32,000 nt of DNA from Geotalea daltonii FRC-32 (GTDB lineage: Bacteria; Desulfobacterota; Desulfuromonadia; Geobacterales; Geobacteraceae): NCBI RefSeq assembly GCF_000022265.1, contig NC_011979.1:2460001-2492000 (forward strand). The letters run 5' to 3'. Position 1 is the stretch's first letter, and each line of letters begins with the position of its first letter. The notes beneath the pieces are model-generated. The model worked only from the letters and a program-made list of their open reading frames with translations, searched no databases and had not been told where the DNA came from. This document shows positions 8,396 to 18,216 of the stretch, piece by piece. Both the position numbers and the translations under genes were made by a program.

Positions 8396-8608
8396 CGGTT
8401 TCCTCCATTTGTTAAAGATGGGCCCTGTTTAATAATAACACAGAGTTCGTATGCCGAAAACCTGCGCTCAATTTATTGTCATCGGGTCCGGAAAGGATAC
8501 ACTTTCCCTAAGACAGGCGATGGAGGTAGCGTAGTGGCGACAAAGAATCGGAGCCAATGGATTTCCCCAGGCGCTGACGGGGAATTCACGGGGCGAGGAT
8601 CGGGACCG

Positions 8609-9043
8609 ATGACAGCCGATTGTTCCTTCTGTCAAATAATTACCGGTGCCTTGGGGGTACCGACTGTTTTTCAGGATGCTATCTCCTGGGCTTTCCTCGA
8701 TTATCGTCCCCTTTTCCCGGGGCATACCCTGCTTGTTCCCCGGCTGCACGTGGAGACCCTCACCGACCTGCCCCAGGAACTGGTCGCCCCGCTTTTTTCC
8801 AACCTCCGGCTGTTGACACGGGCGGTGGAGCTTGGCTGCGACAGCGACGGCAGCTTTGTCGCCATGAATAACCGGGTGAGCCAGAGCGTGCCCCATCTGC
8901 ATATCCACATCGTACCCCGGCGGAAGAAGGATGGCTTGAAGGGCTTTTTCTGGCCCAGACAGAAATACGGAGCAGGCGAGCCGGAGGAAACGGCGCAACG
9001 GATACGGCATGCGTTGGCGGGCATGGTGCAGTCGCAGGAGTAG
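8609..9043 (+). CDS. HIT (histidine triad) family nucleotide hydrolase/transferase
   Basis: HLHIHIVPR histidine-triad motif. The N-terminal CSFCQII is typical of HINT-like proteins. I moved the start to ATG 8609; the ORF-track 8336 start adds 91 implausible residues that overlap the divergent promoter region. Confidence 0.85.
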   Translation: MTADCSFCQIITGALGVPTVFQDAISWAFLDYRPLFPGHTLLVPRLHVETLTDLPQELVAPLFSNLRLLTRAVELGCDSDGSFVAMNNRVSQSVPHLHIHIVPRRKKDGLKGFFWPRQKYGAGEPEETAQRIRHALAGMVQSQE

Positions 9044-9096
9044 TCACTTCTTCCTGAGGCTACGGCAGTCCGGAACAGGAAGGGACTGGAGGCAGG

Positions 9097-9768
9097 GTGG
9101 CAATCATTATCGGCGATCTCCACGGCAACATTACCAAGGCAAAAGCCTTTTTCGCCCATAAAAGGGAGGAGATCCATATTTGTCTCGGCGACTATGTGGA
9201 TTCCTTCACCGAACCGGGGGAGCGGCAACTGCAATGCCTGCAGCTTCTGATCGAGTCGCAGTCCCTGCTGTTGTGGGGCAATCACGACCTCCACTATCTG
9301 CCGTACCCCCTGTGGCGCTGCAACGGCTTCCAGCTGGGCATGGCTCCGATCTACCGTGATATTTTCGCCAAGGCCCTGGAGACCGGTCGCATCCAGGCCG
9401 CCTGTGCCGTCGACGGTTGGCTCTGTACCCATGCCGGTGTCCATCCTGCGCTCATGGGAAGGGATATGACGGCGGATGAGGCAGCGGCTTTTCTCAACGG
9501 GGAGTTTCCCCGGCAACTGGCCGCCCGCGGGGGCCCGCTTTTTTATGTGGCTGCGGCGCGTGGAGGCACCGATCCCTTTGGCGGCATCTTCTGGTTTGAT
9601 CCTTTCCGCGAGGGGACAGAGCCCAGCAGAATGGTGGGCAGGCAGGTATTCGGCCATACGGAACGGAAAATGCCCCATGTTACCGACCACTGGGCCTGTA
9701 TCGATACTGTCAACTCCCCCCAATGCTGGGTTTTCGATACGTGCACCGGGCAAGCTGTCAGGATTTGA
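9097..9768 (+). CDS. metallophosphoesterase (PPP/ApaH-like Ser/Thr or dinucleotide phosphatase)
   Basis: GDLHG, GDYVD and GNHD motifs occur in the canonical order. GTG start at 9097 with GGAGG 4 nt upstream. Confidence 0.85.
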   Translation: MAIIIGDLHGNITKAKAFFAHKREEIHICLGDYVDSFTEPGERQLQCLQLLIESQSLLLWGNHDLHYLPYPLWRCNGFQLGMAPIYRDIFAKALETGRIQAACAVDGWLCTHAGVHPALMGRDMTADEAAAFLNGEFPRQLAARGGPLFYVAAARGGTDPFGGIFWFDPFREGTEPSRMVGRQVFGHTERKMPHVTDHWACIDTVNSPQCWVFDTCTGQAVRI

Positions 9769-9774
9769 GTTACC

Positions 9775-10263
9775 CTATTCCGGTTCCTCCCACTTCACCG
9801 GCGTCGGCTCATGCTTGGTCAGCAGTATGGAGCAGGGGAGTTTCCGAATCAGCGCATCGTTCTCACCGCCGAAAAGCATATGCTCGATACGCCCTTCCTC
9901 GTGGGTCGGCAGCAGGATCAGGTCAATCTGCTCCTCCTTGACCAGCCGCACCGCTTCCTTGACGGCATCATTGCCGGTCAGATATTCCTTGACGGGGAAT
10001 CCTACCCTGGCTACCCGGCTGATCGCCTGATCCAGTTCCTCTTTGTACTGTTCCCGCCGGGACAGGTAATTCTTGTACTCCTCCCCTTTAATAAACAGGC
10101 TCGGAGCATTGACGGCCGCGCCAAGATCCACAGCAGTGGGGATGGGACGCAGTACGCTCAGGGAGGCGCCGAACCGTTTGGCCAGATTGATGGCTTCGTG
10201 CAGGATGTCCCCGCTGCTCTCGATCATGCGGATGATGAGAAGAATGTGTTTGATGTCCTCCAT
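9775..10263 (-). CDS. universal stress protein (UspA family)
   Basis: 162 aa, with a Usp-like alpha/beta pattern and a C-terminal GGENDALIRKLPCSILL (compare G-x2-G-x9-G-S/T of Usp proteins). AAGGAGAG RBS. Confidence 0.8.
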   Translation of the reverse strand: MEDIKHILLIIRMIESSGDILHEAINLAKRFGASLSVLRPIPTAVDLGAAVNAPSLFIKGEEYKNYLSRREQYKEELDQAISRVARVGFPVKEYLTGNDAVKEAVRLVKEEQIDLILLPTHEEGRIEHMLFGGENDALIRKLPCSILLTKHEPTPVKWEEPE

Positions 10264-10321
10264 GGATTGCTCTCCTTTCTTGTTCGTGCGGATCGTGCTT
10301 CCGCAGCTTCAGCTCTCTTCC

Positions 10322-11047
10322 TCAGGATATTCTCACCTTCGGGAAGAGGATGTTGTTTTCCAGGTGGACATGGGTGTGCAGGTCATCCTCGAATTCCTTC
10401 AGCTTCTTGTAGGTCAGTGTGAAGGTATTGCAGACATCATCGGGAATGGCATAATCCTGGGCCAGATGCCGGATTTTATGGATAGCATCCCCCACCTCCA
10501 CGTGGTCCTGGCTCAGTCGGTCCAGGGTCTGTTTTATCAATGCGCGGTCTTCTGGTGCCGGTTCTCTCCCTTCCTTTTTTGCCTCTTCGATCCGCTTTAC
10601 TGCGGGAAACAGTACCTCTTCCTCTTCCCGCAGGTGAGCCATGAGATCTTCGGCAATGCGGAAAAAAATGTCTGCGATTTCAATTACCTCCGGATGTCTG
10701 GCTCCGTGAACCTCGGCTATCTTGCGGGCATAGGCCGCTATGCCGCCTGCTTCGTCCCTGATGTAGCCGTGGTGGGTGTTGACGATGTAATCGGCGAGAA
10801 ATGGCAGGTCCCATGATGCGTAATTCCGGCTTCTATCCGGCGGCTCGACCTTGGCCGCCGCGATCTCCTGCAGAAGCGGCGCCGGGTCGAGTCCCTTCTC
10901 ACGGCAGGCCGTGGCGAGCGTAACACTGCCACCGCAGCAGAAGTCGATGCCGTACTTCTCGAACACGCGAGCCATCCGATAATCCTCTGCAACGAATTCA
11001 CCAATCGTCTTCCCAGCGGCGTCCGCCGCCTGTGATGTATCTTCCAT
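10322..11047 (-). CDS. ric: iron-sulfur cluster repair di-iron protein (RIC/YtfE/ScdA/DnrN family)
   Basis: ScdA_N signature ARVFEKYGIDFCCGG, followed by hemerythrin-like His/Glu repeats (NTHH, HLREEEE, HTHVHLEN). I moved the start to ATG at 11047, which has CAGGAGGA upstream. The ORF-track start at 11281 would overlap the divergent gene. Confidence 0.85.
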   Translation of the reverse strand: MEDTSQAADAAGKTIGEFVAEDYRMARVFEKYGIDFCCGGSVTLATACREKGLDPAPLLQEIAAAKVEPPDRSRNYASWDLPFLADYIVNTHHGYIRDEAGGIAAYARKIAEVHGARHPEVIEIADIFFRIAEDLMAHLREEEEVLFPAVKRIEEAKKEGREPAPEDRALIKQTLDRLSQDHVEVGDAIHKIRHLAQDYAIPDDVCNTFTLTYKKLKEFEDDLHTHVHLENNILFPKVRIS

Positions 11048-11247
11048 GGCTATCCTCCTGGATTGGTGTACTTCATTTCTGGAATAATGGTAACACAGGC
11101 GGGAACTCTTGCCAGTTTCAGGAGACAAACTGATATTCTCTTTTTCACACAACTCACGGTTCCCTGTGCAAGGCTCTTTTATTGACTTTGCCTGCCCCCA
11201 TGTCATTATTATTAATAATATTAAATTAAAGATGAAAGGAGCGCTGG

Positions 11248-12780
11248 ATGAAAACGAAAAAGGGTACAGCTGTATTTTCATTGCTTGCCGTCACCGGTTT
11301 GATCCTGATTTCCTCCGAATCCTGGACCCAGACCACGAAACAGGTGTCGTCCGATGCGGTTCAGGAAGCACAGACCCCCGGGAAGGTGTCCATAACTCGA
11401 CCTGAGCAGAAGAAGAACGAGCATGACTTGAAGGATATTTTTGCCGCGACAAAGGCTGAATCCTCTTCGGCAGCCTTCAAGGAACAGCCGGATGAGGGGA
11501 AAATGGAAGGCTTTGATTTCTACCGTGACCCGCTCAATTCAAAAAAACCGATGATGACTTTTGATGAGATCTATAAAACGGATGTGGCGGAAAAGCCCAA
11601 GATCATGGAAAAACAGAAGGAGCTCCTGGAAAAACGCTACAACCTGAAGCCGAATCTGTCCTCCGATGTAAAGATGACCAGGGGCAAGCCGATTGCAGTC
11701 GGTCCGACGGCTCGGCTGGCTGACGGTGCCACCTGGGATAGTCTTGCCGCCATGAATGCCGAGGATATCCGCGCCAAGAAAGCATTCCCCTATCCGCCGC
11801 TTCCCCATCCCAAGCAGGTCACCGGCGGGCAGGTGTTCCCCAAGATGCAGATCGACATGTTTCCCCGGCTGCAGCGCTTTGATGTTGATTTCGATCTTCC
11901 CGATGCCTTTCTGCCTGAATTTCCTCCGGCAATCTTTCTGCAGAACCGGCCGGAGCTGGGGGATGTTTCCCGTGGCGAGGTGGTGTCCATCAACAACTAT
12001 TACCGGCTGTTCAAGGACTTGCTGACGCCGGTGCAGCTGGACGGCCTGAGGATGCTGGTAACACCTTTCCCCCAGGAGGAATTCAACCCTACAGACGACC
12101 GCAAGTCTGAGGAAGCCAGCCTGGGGATTGCTTGTCTGGACTGTCACGTCAACGGACATACTACTGCCCAATTCCATCTCAATCCCGATATCAGGCCCCA
12201 GGAACGCAGGTTTCGCCTGGATACGACCAGCCTGCGCGGCATGTTCAACCAGCAAATACACTCATCCAAGCGCAGCCTCCGCTCCGTGGAGGATTTTACG
12301 GAATTTGAACAGCGCACTGCCTACTTCAACGGTGATGAGATTCATGCTGCGAAGAAAGGGATGAACATACTGAGCCGCGTCCAGGTATCCCACATGGCCC
12401 AGATGCAGAACATGTTCGATGTTCCGCCGGCGCCGAAACTTGACGTTTCGGGGCGTCTCGACCCGGCCAAGGCCTCCCAGGCCGAGCTTGCAGGCGAGAA
12501 GATCTTCTTCGAGAAGGGGAAATGCGGCAACTGCCATGTGCCGCCGTTCTATATGGATCAGCAGATGCACGACCTGAAAATGGAGCGCTTTACCCAGGAG
12601 CCGGGTGACGGCCCCATGAAGACTTTTACCCTGCGTGGCATCAAGGAAAGTCCTCCATATATGCACGACGGCCGCTGCCTGACCTTGGAAGACACCGTCG
12701 AATTTTTCAACCTGGTGCTTGGTCTCAAACTGACCGGCGAGGAGAAGAAGAACCTGGTGGCTTTCATGCGGGTGCTGTAA
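11248..12780 (+). CDS. di-haem cytochrome c peroxidase (CCP/MauG) family protein with long N-terminal extension
   Basis: Signal peptide present. Two CXXCH motifs (CLDCH and CGNCH) lie ~140 aa apart. The C-terminal SPPYMHDG motif is typical of CCPs. AAGGAG RBS. Confidence 0.8.
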   Translation: MKTKKGTAVFSLLAVTGLILISSESWTQTTKQVSSDAVQEAQTPGKVSITRPEQKKNEHDLKDIFAATKAESSSAAFKEQPDEGKMEGFDFYRDPLNSKKPMMTFDEIYKTDVAEKPKIMEKQKELLEKRYNLKPNLSSDVKMTRGKPIAVGPTARLADGATWDSLAAMNAEDIRAKKAFPYPPLPHPKQVTGGQVFPKMQIDMFPRLQRFDVDFDLPDAFLPEFPPAIFLQNRPELGDVSRGEVVSINNYYRLFKDLLTPVQLDGLRMLVTPFPQEEFNPTDDRKSEEASLGIACLDCHVNGHTTAQFHLNPDIRPQERRFRLDTTSLRGMFNQQIHSSKRSLRSVEDFTEFEQRTAYFNGDEIHAAKKGMNILSRVQVSHMAQMQNMFDVPPAPKLDVSGRLDPAKASQAELAGEKIFFEKGKCGNCHVPPFYMDQQMHDLKMERFTQEPGDGPMKTFTLRGIKESPPYMHDGRCLTLEDTVEFFNLVLGLKLTGEEKKNLVAFMRVL

Positions 12781-12834
12781 TCAGATGCGAAGGTGATAAG
12801 TACTCCGGCAATTAAAACATCACGATCCAGCTGT

Positions 12835-12858
12835 AGGGGCGCTGCTTGCCGCGCCCCT
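12835..12858 (+). terminator. GC-rich hairpin downstream of the peroxidase gene (possible terminator, no clear U-tract)
   Basis: AGGGGCGC-tgcttgcc-GCGCCCCT forms an 8-bp stem 55 nt after the stop codon. It is not followed by a T-run. Confidence 0.35.
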
Positions 12859-12912
12859 GCTTGCTGGGCCCCTGTCATCCATATGTTTCCGCCACCGAGA
12901 CGAATACCTGCA

Positions 12913-12942
12913 TTGACCAAAAGCGGATGTTCATGGTAGATA
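12913..12942 (+). promoter_or_regulatory. candidate sigma70 promoter of the FmdE-like gene
   Basis: TTGACC (12913-12918), an 18-nt spacer, then TAGATA (12937-12942). Confidence 0.35.
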
Positions 12943-13062
12943 GTTCCCATACCCCCCAATCCCCTGCTCTGTAAGGGGGAATTGGACATAAGTGAGCAGG
13001 GGGGTGAAAGTGGGACAAGGATACTATACGATTCTGTGATATTGTGTCCCAGGGGGAGCTTT

Positions 13063-13587
13063 ATGAGATATGAGGAGATAGTGAAGTTCCATGGCCATGC
13101 CTGTCCCGGTCTGGCCATCGGTTATCGGATGGCCAATGCCGCCATGGAAGCCCTCAAGGCAGTGCGTGCCGGGGATGAAGAAATTGTCGCCATTGTGGAG
13201 AACGATGCCTGCGGCGTCGACGCGTTGCAATGCATCAGCGGGTGCACTTTCGGAAAAGGAAACCTTATCTTCCGCGATTACGGCAAGCAGGTCTATACTT
13301 TATATTCACGCACCAGCGGCAACGGGGTGCGGGTCGTCTATCACGGAAACGGCGTCCCTGCCAAACTTGCCGGCGACCGGGCCGCTCGCGCCGAGTTCAT
13401 CCTCGGTGCACCCGCCGATCAACTTCTGACCATGAACGAAGTGACGATGACAGAGCCGGAAAGGGCGGGAAGCCGTTCATCGGTTTTATGCGCTCGGTGC
13501 CACGAAGAAGTGATGGAGACCCGGCTGCGGGAGGTTGCTGGTGAGCGGCTTTGCGTTCCCTGTGCCGAGAAGGTCTCTGCCCATTAA
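13063..13587 (+). CDS. FmdE-family protein with C-terminal zinc ribbon
   Basis: FHGHACPGLAIGYRM and ENDACGVDALQ are FmdE-domain signatures. The C-terminal CARCH...CVPC forms a four-Cys ribbon. Start is at ATG 13063, with GGGGGAG upstream. Confidence 0.8.
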   Translation: MRYEEIVKFHGHACPGLAIGYRMANAAMEALKAVRAGDEEIVAIVENDACGVDALQCISGCTFGKGNLIFRDYGKQVYTLYSRTSGNGVRVVYHGNGVPAKLAGDRAARAEFILGAPADQLLTMNEVTMTEPERAGSRSSVLCARCHEEVMETRLREVAGERLCVPCAEKVSAH

Positions 13588-13681
13588 ATTCTAATCATGC
13601 AGCGGTTGCGGACATCAGCCCGGCGTGTTATTGTATTGTCTTTCATGGGCGCAAAATGATCACTGCCGGGGCAAGCAAGAC

Positions 13682-14533
13682 ATGTATCTGGAATATTACG
13701 GCTTCAGAGAGAAACCATTTTCCATAACACCTAATCCCCGCTTCATTTTCCTCAGCAAAAACCACCAGGAAGCCTTCGCCCATCTCCTTTACGGCGTAAA
13801 CAGCCGTTGCGGCTTCATTCAATTGACCGGCGAGGTGGGAACCGGCAAGACAACGGTCCTGCGTACCTTTCTCAACCGGCTCGACGAGGACGGCTATCGC
13901 ACGGCGCTCATCTTCAACCCGTGCCTGTCGTCGGATGAACTGCTCCGCACCATCAACCGCGATTTCGCCATTCCCCACGAGGATCTGAGCCGGGCGCAGC
14001 TCCTGGAGGTGCTGAACACCTTTCTCCTTGAGCAGAGGGAGGCCGGGCGGATAGTTGTCCTGGTCATAGACGAGGCACAGAATCTGGCCGCCGATGTCCT
14101 GGAACAGATCCGCCTCATTTCCAACCTGGAAACGGAAACGGAGAAGCTGATCCAGATTATTCTGGCAGGCCAGCCGGAGCTTGAAAAGCTGCTGGCCCGG
14201 ACCGAATTGCGGCAGCTGAAGCAGCGGATACTGGTACGATACCATCTGCTCCCCATGGATTTCGAGGATACAAAGGGGTACGTGGAACATCGCCTGGAAT
14301 TGGCCAGTGGCGGGGTGATCTTTTCCGCTTCAGCGCTCAAAAAAATCTTTCGCTATTCCGGCGGTATTCCACGTCTGATCAACATCGTCTGCGACAGAGC
14401 CCTCTTGGTGGGTTTTGCGGAAGGAAGCCGCGAAATCAGGGGTGGAATGGCGGGCACTGCCATTGCTGAAGTCGAAAACAGCAGGAGAGGTTGGTGGAAG
14501 CGCCTGTGGTGCAGGCTTCGGCTGGCCGACTAA
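13682..14533 (+). CDS. ExeA/GspA-like AAA+ ATPase
   Basis: MYLEYYGFREKPFSITPNPRF N-terminus, Walker A GEVGTGKT and Walker B VLVIDEAQ. These are typical of ExeA/MshM-type ATPases. Confidence 0.8.
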   Translation: MYLEYYGFREKPFSITPNPRFIFLSKNHQEAFAHLLYGVNSRCGFIQLTGEVGTGKTTVLRTFLNRLDEDGYRTALIFNPCLSSDELLRTINRDFAIPHEDLSRAQLLEVLNTFLLEQREAGRIVVLVIDEAQNLAADVLEQIRLISNLETETEKLIQIILAGQPELEKLLARTELRQLKQRILVRYHLLPMDFEDTKGYVEHRLELASGGVIFSASALKKIFRYSGGIPRLINIVCDRALLVGFAEGSREIRGGMAGTAIAEVENSRRGWWKRLWCRLRLAD

Positions 14534-14556
14534 TTTCGAGGAGATGGGAGCATGCT

Positions 14557-15270
14557 ATGAGTTCCATTCTAAAAGCCCTGAAGAAAGTGGAAGAGGAAAA
14601 AGCTGCCCAGCGTAATGCCATGCCCCTTGCCAGTGATGTGGCGAGGAACCGCCGCAGCCGAAAACCGGCATCCTTCTGGAAAATTCCTGCTGCACTGGTT
14701 GTTGTTGCCGTCACTGCGATACTCTCTACGTTCGCTGCCATGGGTGGTTTTACTACTGCTAAAACAAGACCAACCACACCTCCAGACGTGAATGGGGCGG
14801 TTACCTCCCTTGGCAAAGGGGCGACTCCCGTTGCCGTTCAGGTGCAGTCAGTCCAGTTTCCTTCAGATGGAACGAATGAACCGGCGGTCGTGCAAAAGCA
14901 GCAATCTGCACCTGTGCCAATACCAAAGCAGCGGGTTAAACAGCCTGCCGTCAAACCGGCTGTCCCAACATCGGCCAAACCTCCTGCCTTCGCCCCCGCA
15001 GTGGCTGTGCGAAGGGGAACGGGGCCTTTTCTTCGTACCACCAGCGGTTCGGTTTCAGTAGAGGAGAACCACCTCGACTTCAAAGTAAGTGGCATTGGCT
15101 GGCAGAAGGAAGGCTCGTCGCGACTGGCAGTGGTCAACGGTGTTGCCGTTACCCAGGGCGCAATGGTGGATGGGGCGAAGGTGGTGGAGATCCTTCCGGA
15201 CAGGGTGCGCCTTTCCCAAGGCGGGAGTATATTCGAGATATTGCTGGGCAAGATCAATCAATACAGGTGA
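14557..15270 (+). CDS. GspB/ExeB-like membrane protein (partner of the ExeA-like ATPase)
   Basis: MSSILKALKKVEEEK N-terminus, one TM helix, a Pro/Ala-rich linker and a C-terminal AVVNGVAVTQGAMVDGAKVVEILPDRV (T2SS-B-like). GGGAG lies 5 nt upstream of ATG 14557. Confidence 0.6.
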   Translation: MSSILKALKKVEEEKAAQRNAMPLASDVARNRRSRKPASFWKIPAALVVVAVTAILSTFAAMGGFTTAKTRPTTPPDVNGAVTSLGKGATPVAVQVQSVQFPSDGTNEPAVVQKQQSAPVPIPKQRVKQPAVKPAVPTSAKPPAFAPAVAVRRGTGPFLRTTSGSVSVEENHLDFKVSGIGWQKEGSSRLAVVNGVAVTQGAMVDGAKVVEILPDRVRLSQGGSIFEILLGKINQYR

Positions 15271-15277
15271 ACCTTCA

Positions 15278-15583
15278 ATGACAGTGGAAAATCAGGCAAA
15301 AGACATGGCCGCGTGGGAATCTTTATGTGAACAGTGCGGACTCTGCTGTTTTGAAAAGATAGAAGACGAATCGGGGGCAATCTTTTTCACCTCTACCCCA
15401 TGCCGCTATCTGGATGTGGTGACCCGGGAATGCAAGATTTACGAGCGGCGCTTCCAGATCTGTCCCGAATGCATTCAGCTGACCGAGGAGCTGGTCAGGG
15501 AGCTGAATTGGCTCCATGATGACTGCGGCTATCGTAAGGCACAGGGGCTGAAAAGACAGAGAAGGGTGAGGGGTGAGGGGTGA
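15278..15583 (+). CDS. YkgJ-family cysteine-cluster protein
   Basis: CEQCGLCC ... PCRYL ... CKIYERRFQICPEC follows the pattern of the UPF0153/YkgJ zinc or iron-chelating family. Confidence 0.7.
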   Translation: MTVENQAKDMAAWESLCEQCGLCCFEKIEDESGAIFFTSTPCRYLDVVTRECKIYERRFQICPECIQLTEELVRELNWLHDDCGYRKAQGLKRQRRVRGEG

Positions 15584-15619
15584 CGAGTACAGCTTTACAT
15601 TTATGAACAGGAGTTCGCA

Positions 15620-16894
15620 TTGCAAAAAAAGAACAATGAAGCTGCAATACTAAAACTGGTGAAGGGGGGGCGTGCGTCTTCGCTGACCTTCGCCGGACTT
15701 CCCTTCGTGGAGAAGGCCCGATATCTGAAAAGGCTTGGGGCCAAGGAACGTATGGACCTGATCATTGGCGATGCCGAAGGGGAGCGCCTGGTCCGGGAGA
15801 TGGAGCCCCAGGAATTCTTCTGGATGGTGAAGGATGTGGGGGAGACAGATGCCCTGGACCTGGTCCAGCTTGCTTCGCCTGAGCAGTGCCTGTTCCTGCT
15901 GGATATGGAGCTATGGTCCAAGTGGTCCTTTTCCCATGACAAGGCGGTGGAGTGGTACGGTTACTTGCTGGAAGGGGGAGATGACAAGTTCAGGGAACTT
16001 CTGCCGAGCATGGATTTCGAGCTGCTTCAGCTTTTCCTCAATCGTGAAATCATCGTCGGCGGCGGCATAGGAGACATGTCCAATGACGAAGAGCGCCTGG
16101 CGGACTGGGATCACACCTTTGACGGCACATTCATGATTACCTTTAAAAATCCCAAACACAGCCAAGTTCTGGGCCGATTCATCGAAAGCATCAGGCGAAT
16201 CGATGAGCAGCTCTATGTGGCTCTCATGGAAGGGGTCAAGAGTGACGTGGACCTGGAACTTGAGGATATCTGCTATCAGTTTCGCTCCGGTCGCCTGGCC
16301 GATCTGGGTTTCCCCCCCCTTGACGAGGCACTTTCCTTCTATGCAAGGGTGAAGCCCTCTTCCTTTAGCCTTCATGGGGACAAAAAACAAATTGCAATCG
16401 GTTCGACGGCAGCTCTGCCGGTGCCGGTCAGTGCCGATAACGCTCTTTTACAGCGAGCACTGGCTCTGGCTGATTCGGAAGAGTTGTATATGGAGCTTAA
16501 CTACCTTATCAATAACGCCCTGGTGGCGGACGGGACCGCACTTGCCGACACCGAGGTAATGCACATGGTGGTTACCCGGGTCTATGGTTACCTTAACATG
16601 GCTTTGGAAACCATATGCGGCGATGATGCAAAAAAAGCCGGTGAGGTCTTGACTGGGGAATTTCTGAAGAGGCTTTTCCAGCTTGGCTACAGCATTATTT
16701 TGGATCTGAAGACCCGCGCCGAAGGCGTTACTATCGAGGATTACGCGGCGAATAAGCTCCTCAACGGCCTTAAAAACAAGCGGCCCAGGTTCTATCGCGG
16801 CCTGGATGCGGATACGGCCGATGGCTACCGTGAATTCCGTTCAATGGCCGATGTTGCCAAGGTCGATGCATTTCTGCGCCGTATGGGAGTCTGA
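15620..16894 (+). CDS. conserved hypothetical protein, 424 aa
   Basis: TTG start at 15620 with CAGGAG 6 nt upstream. Long ORF with coding-like composition. I see no catalytic motif. Confidence 0.65.
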   Translation: MQKKNNEAAILKLVKGGRASSLTFAGLPFVEKARYLKRLGAKERMDLIIGDAEGERLVREMEPQEFFWMVKDVGETDALDLVQLASPEQCLFLLDMELWSKWSFSHDKAVEWYGYLLEGGDDKFRELLPSMDFELLQLFLNREIIVGGGIGDMSNDEERLADWDHTFDGTFMITFKNPKHSQVLGRFIESIRRIDEQLYVALMEGVKSDVDLELEDICYQFRSGRLADLGFPPLDEALSFYARVKPSSFSLHGDKKQIAIGSTAALPVPVSADNALLQRALALADSEELYMELNYLINNALVADGTALADTEVMHMVVTRVYGYLNMALETICGDDAKKAGEVLTGEFLKRLFQLGYSIILDLKTRAEGVTIEDYAANKLLNGLKNKRPRFYRGLDADTADGYREFRSMADVAKVDAFLRRMGV

Positions 16895-16919
16895 AGGTTC
16901 TGGTTAATTTTATTAAAGA

Positions 16920-16948
16920 TTGACAAATTATTGTAGCGGCTATAAAAT
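16920..16948 (+). promoter_or_regulatory. sigma70 promoter of metK
   Basis: TTGACA (16920-16925), a 17-nt spacer, then TAAAAT (16943-16948). It sits ~57 nt upstream of the metK ATG. Confidence 0.6.
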
Positions 16949-17005
16949 TCGAGGTCTTTTTCTTGAACTTTTAGTCCATAAATATGGTTGAGGAGGGTTT
17001 AAACG

Positions 17006-18175
<1,170 letters not shown>

Positions 18176-18179
18176 AGGC

Positions 18180-18206
18180 GGTGATTGGTGATTGGTGATT
18201 GGTGAC
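18180..18206. repeat. tandem heptamer repeat (GGTGATT)x3 followed by GGTGAC
   Basis: Read directly from the sequence: ggtgatt ggtgatt ggtgatt ggtgac, immediately after the metK stop. Confidence 0.9.
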
Positions 18207-18216
18207 GTGTTTAAAA

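Noticed and set aside
8451-8534. 27-codon ORF (MPKTCAQFIVIGSGKDTLSLRQAMEVA) next to the NTase gene, considered as a RiPP or lasso precursor.
   Set aside because: It has no Shine-Dalgarno. No maturation enzymes (cyclase, protease or radical SAM) are nearby, and it sits in a divergent promoter region.
8701-9753. 350-aa minus-strand ORF opposite the HIT and phosphatase genes.
   Set aside because: Both plus-strand genes have canonical catalytic motifs. The antisense product is Arg/Gly/Pro-rich and spans their intergenic region.
10322-11281. The ORF-track N-terminal extensions of several genes: 10322-11281, 8336-9043, 4609-5451, 12982-13587, 13625-14533, 14491-15270, 15089-15583, 20771-21973 and 30633-31205.
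   Set aside because: In each case an internal start with a Shine-Dalgarno sequence gives a protein that begins at the family-typical N-terminus. The extension would overlap a neighbouring gene, promoter or operator.
12983-12998. GG-N10-GC element (TGGACAtaagtGAGCA) that could be a sigma54 promoter for the FmdE-like gene.
   Set aside because: Both hexamers are poor matches to the TGGCAC-N5-TTGCA flanks, and the element lies inside the predicted leader helices. It is probably a chance occurrence.
11539-14290. Minus-strand ORFs 11539-12261 (240 aa), 12558-13118 (186 aa) and 13643-14290 (215 aa).
   Set aside because: They are antisense to the peroxidase, FmdE-like and ExeA-like genes, all of which carry family motifs. 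They are likely GC-driven spurious ORFs.
13682-15270. The ExeA-like AAA+ ATPase, considered as a TniB/MuB-type transposition ATPase marking a mobile element.
   Set aside because: No transposase, integrase or terminal repeats are nearby. The partner has the MSSILKALKK... GspB-like architecture typical of secretin-assembly pairs.
16895-17005. Possible SAM riboswitch upstream of metK.
   Set aside because: Only about 55 nt lie between the predicted TSS and the ATG. The sequence is AT-rich with no conserved helices, so it is too short and unstructured for SAM-I, SAM-II or SAM-SAH classes as I know them.
18180-18206. The tandem repeat, considered as a CRISPR or regulatory direct-repeat array.
   Set aside because: It has 7-bp units without spacers, totals only 27 nt and lies between convergent genes. 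It is a simple microsatellite, not a CRISPR array or an OmpR-type site with ~10-11 bp periodicity.
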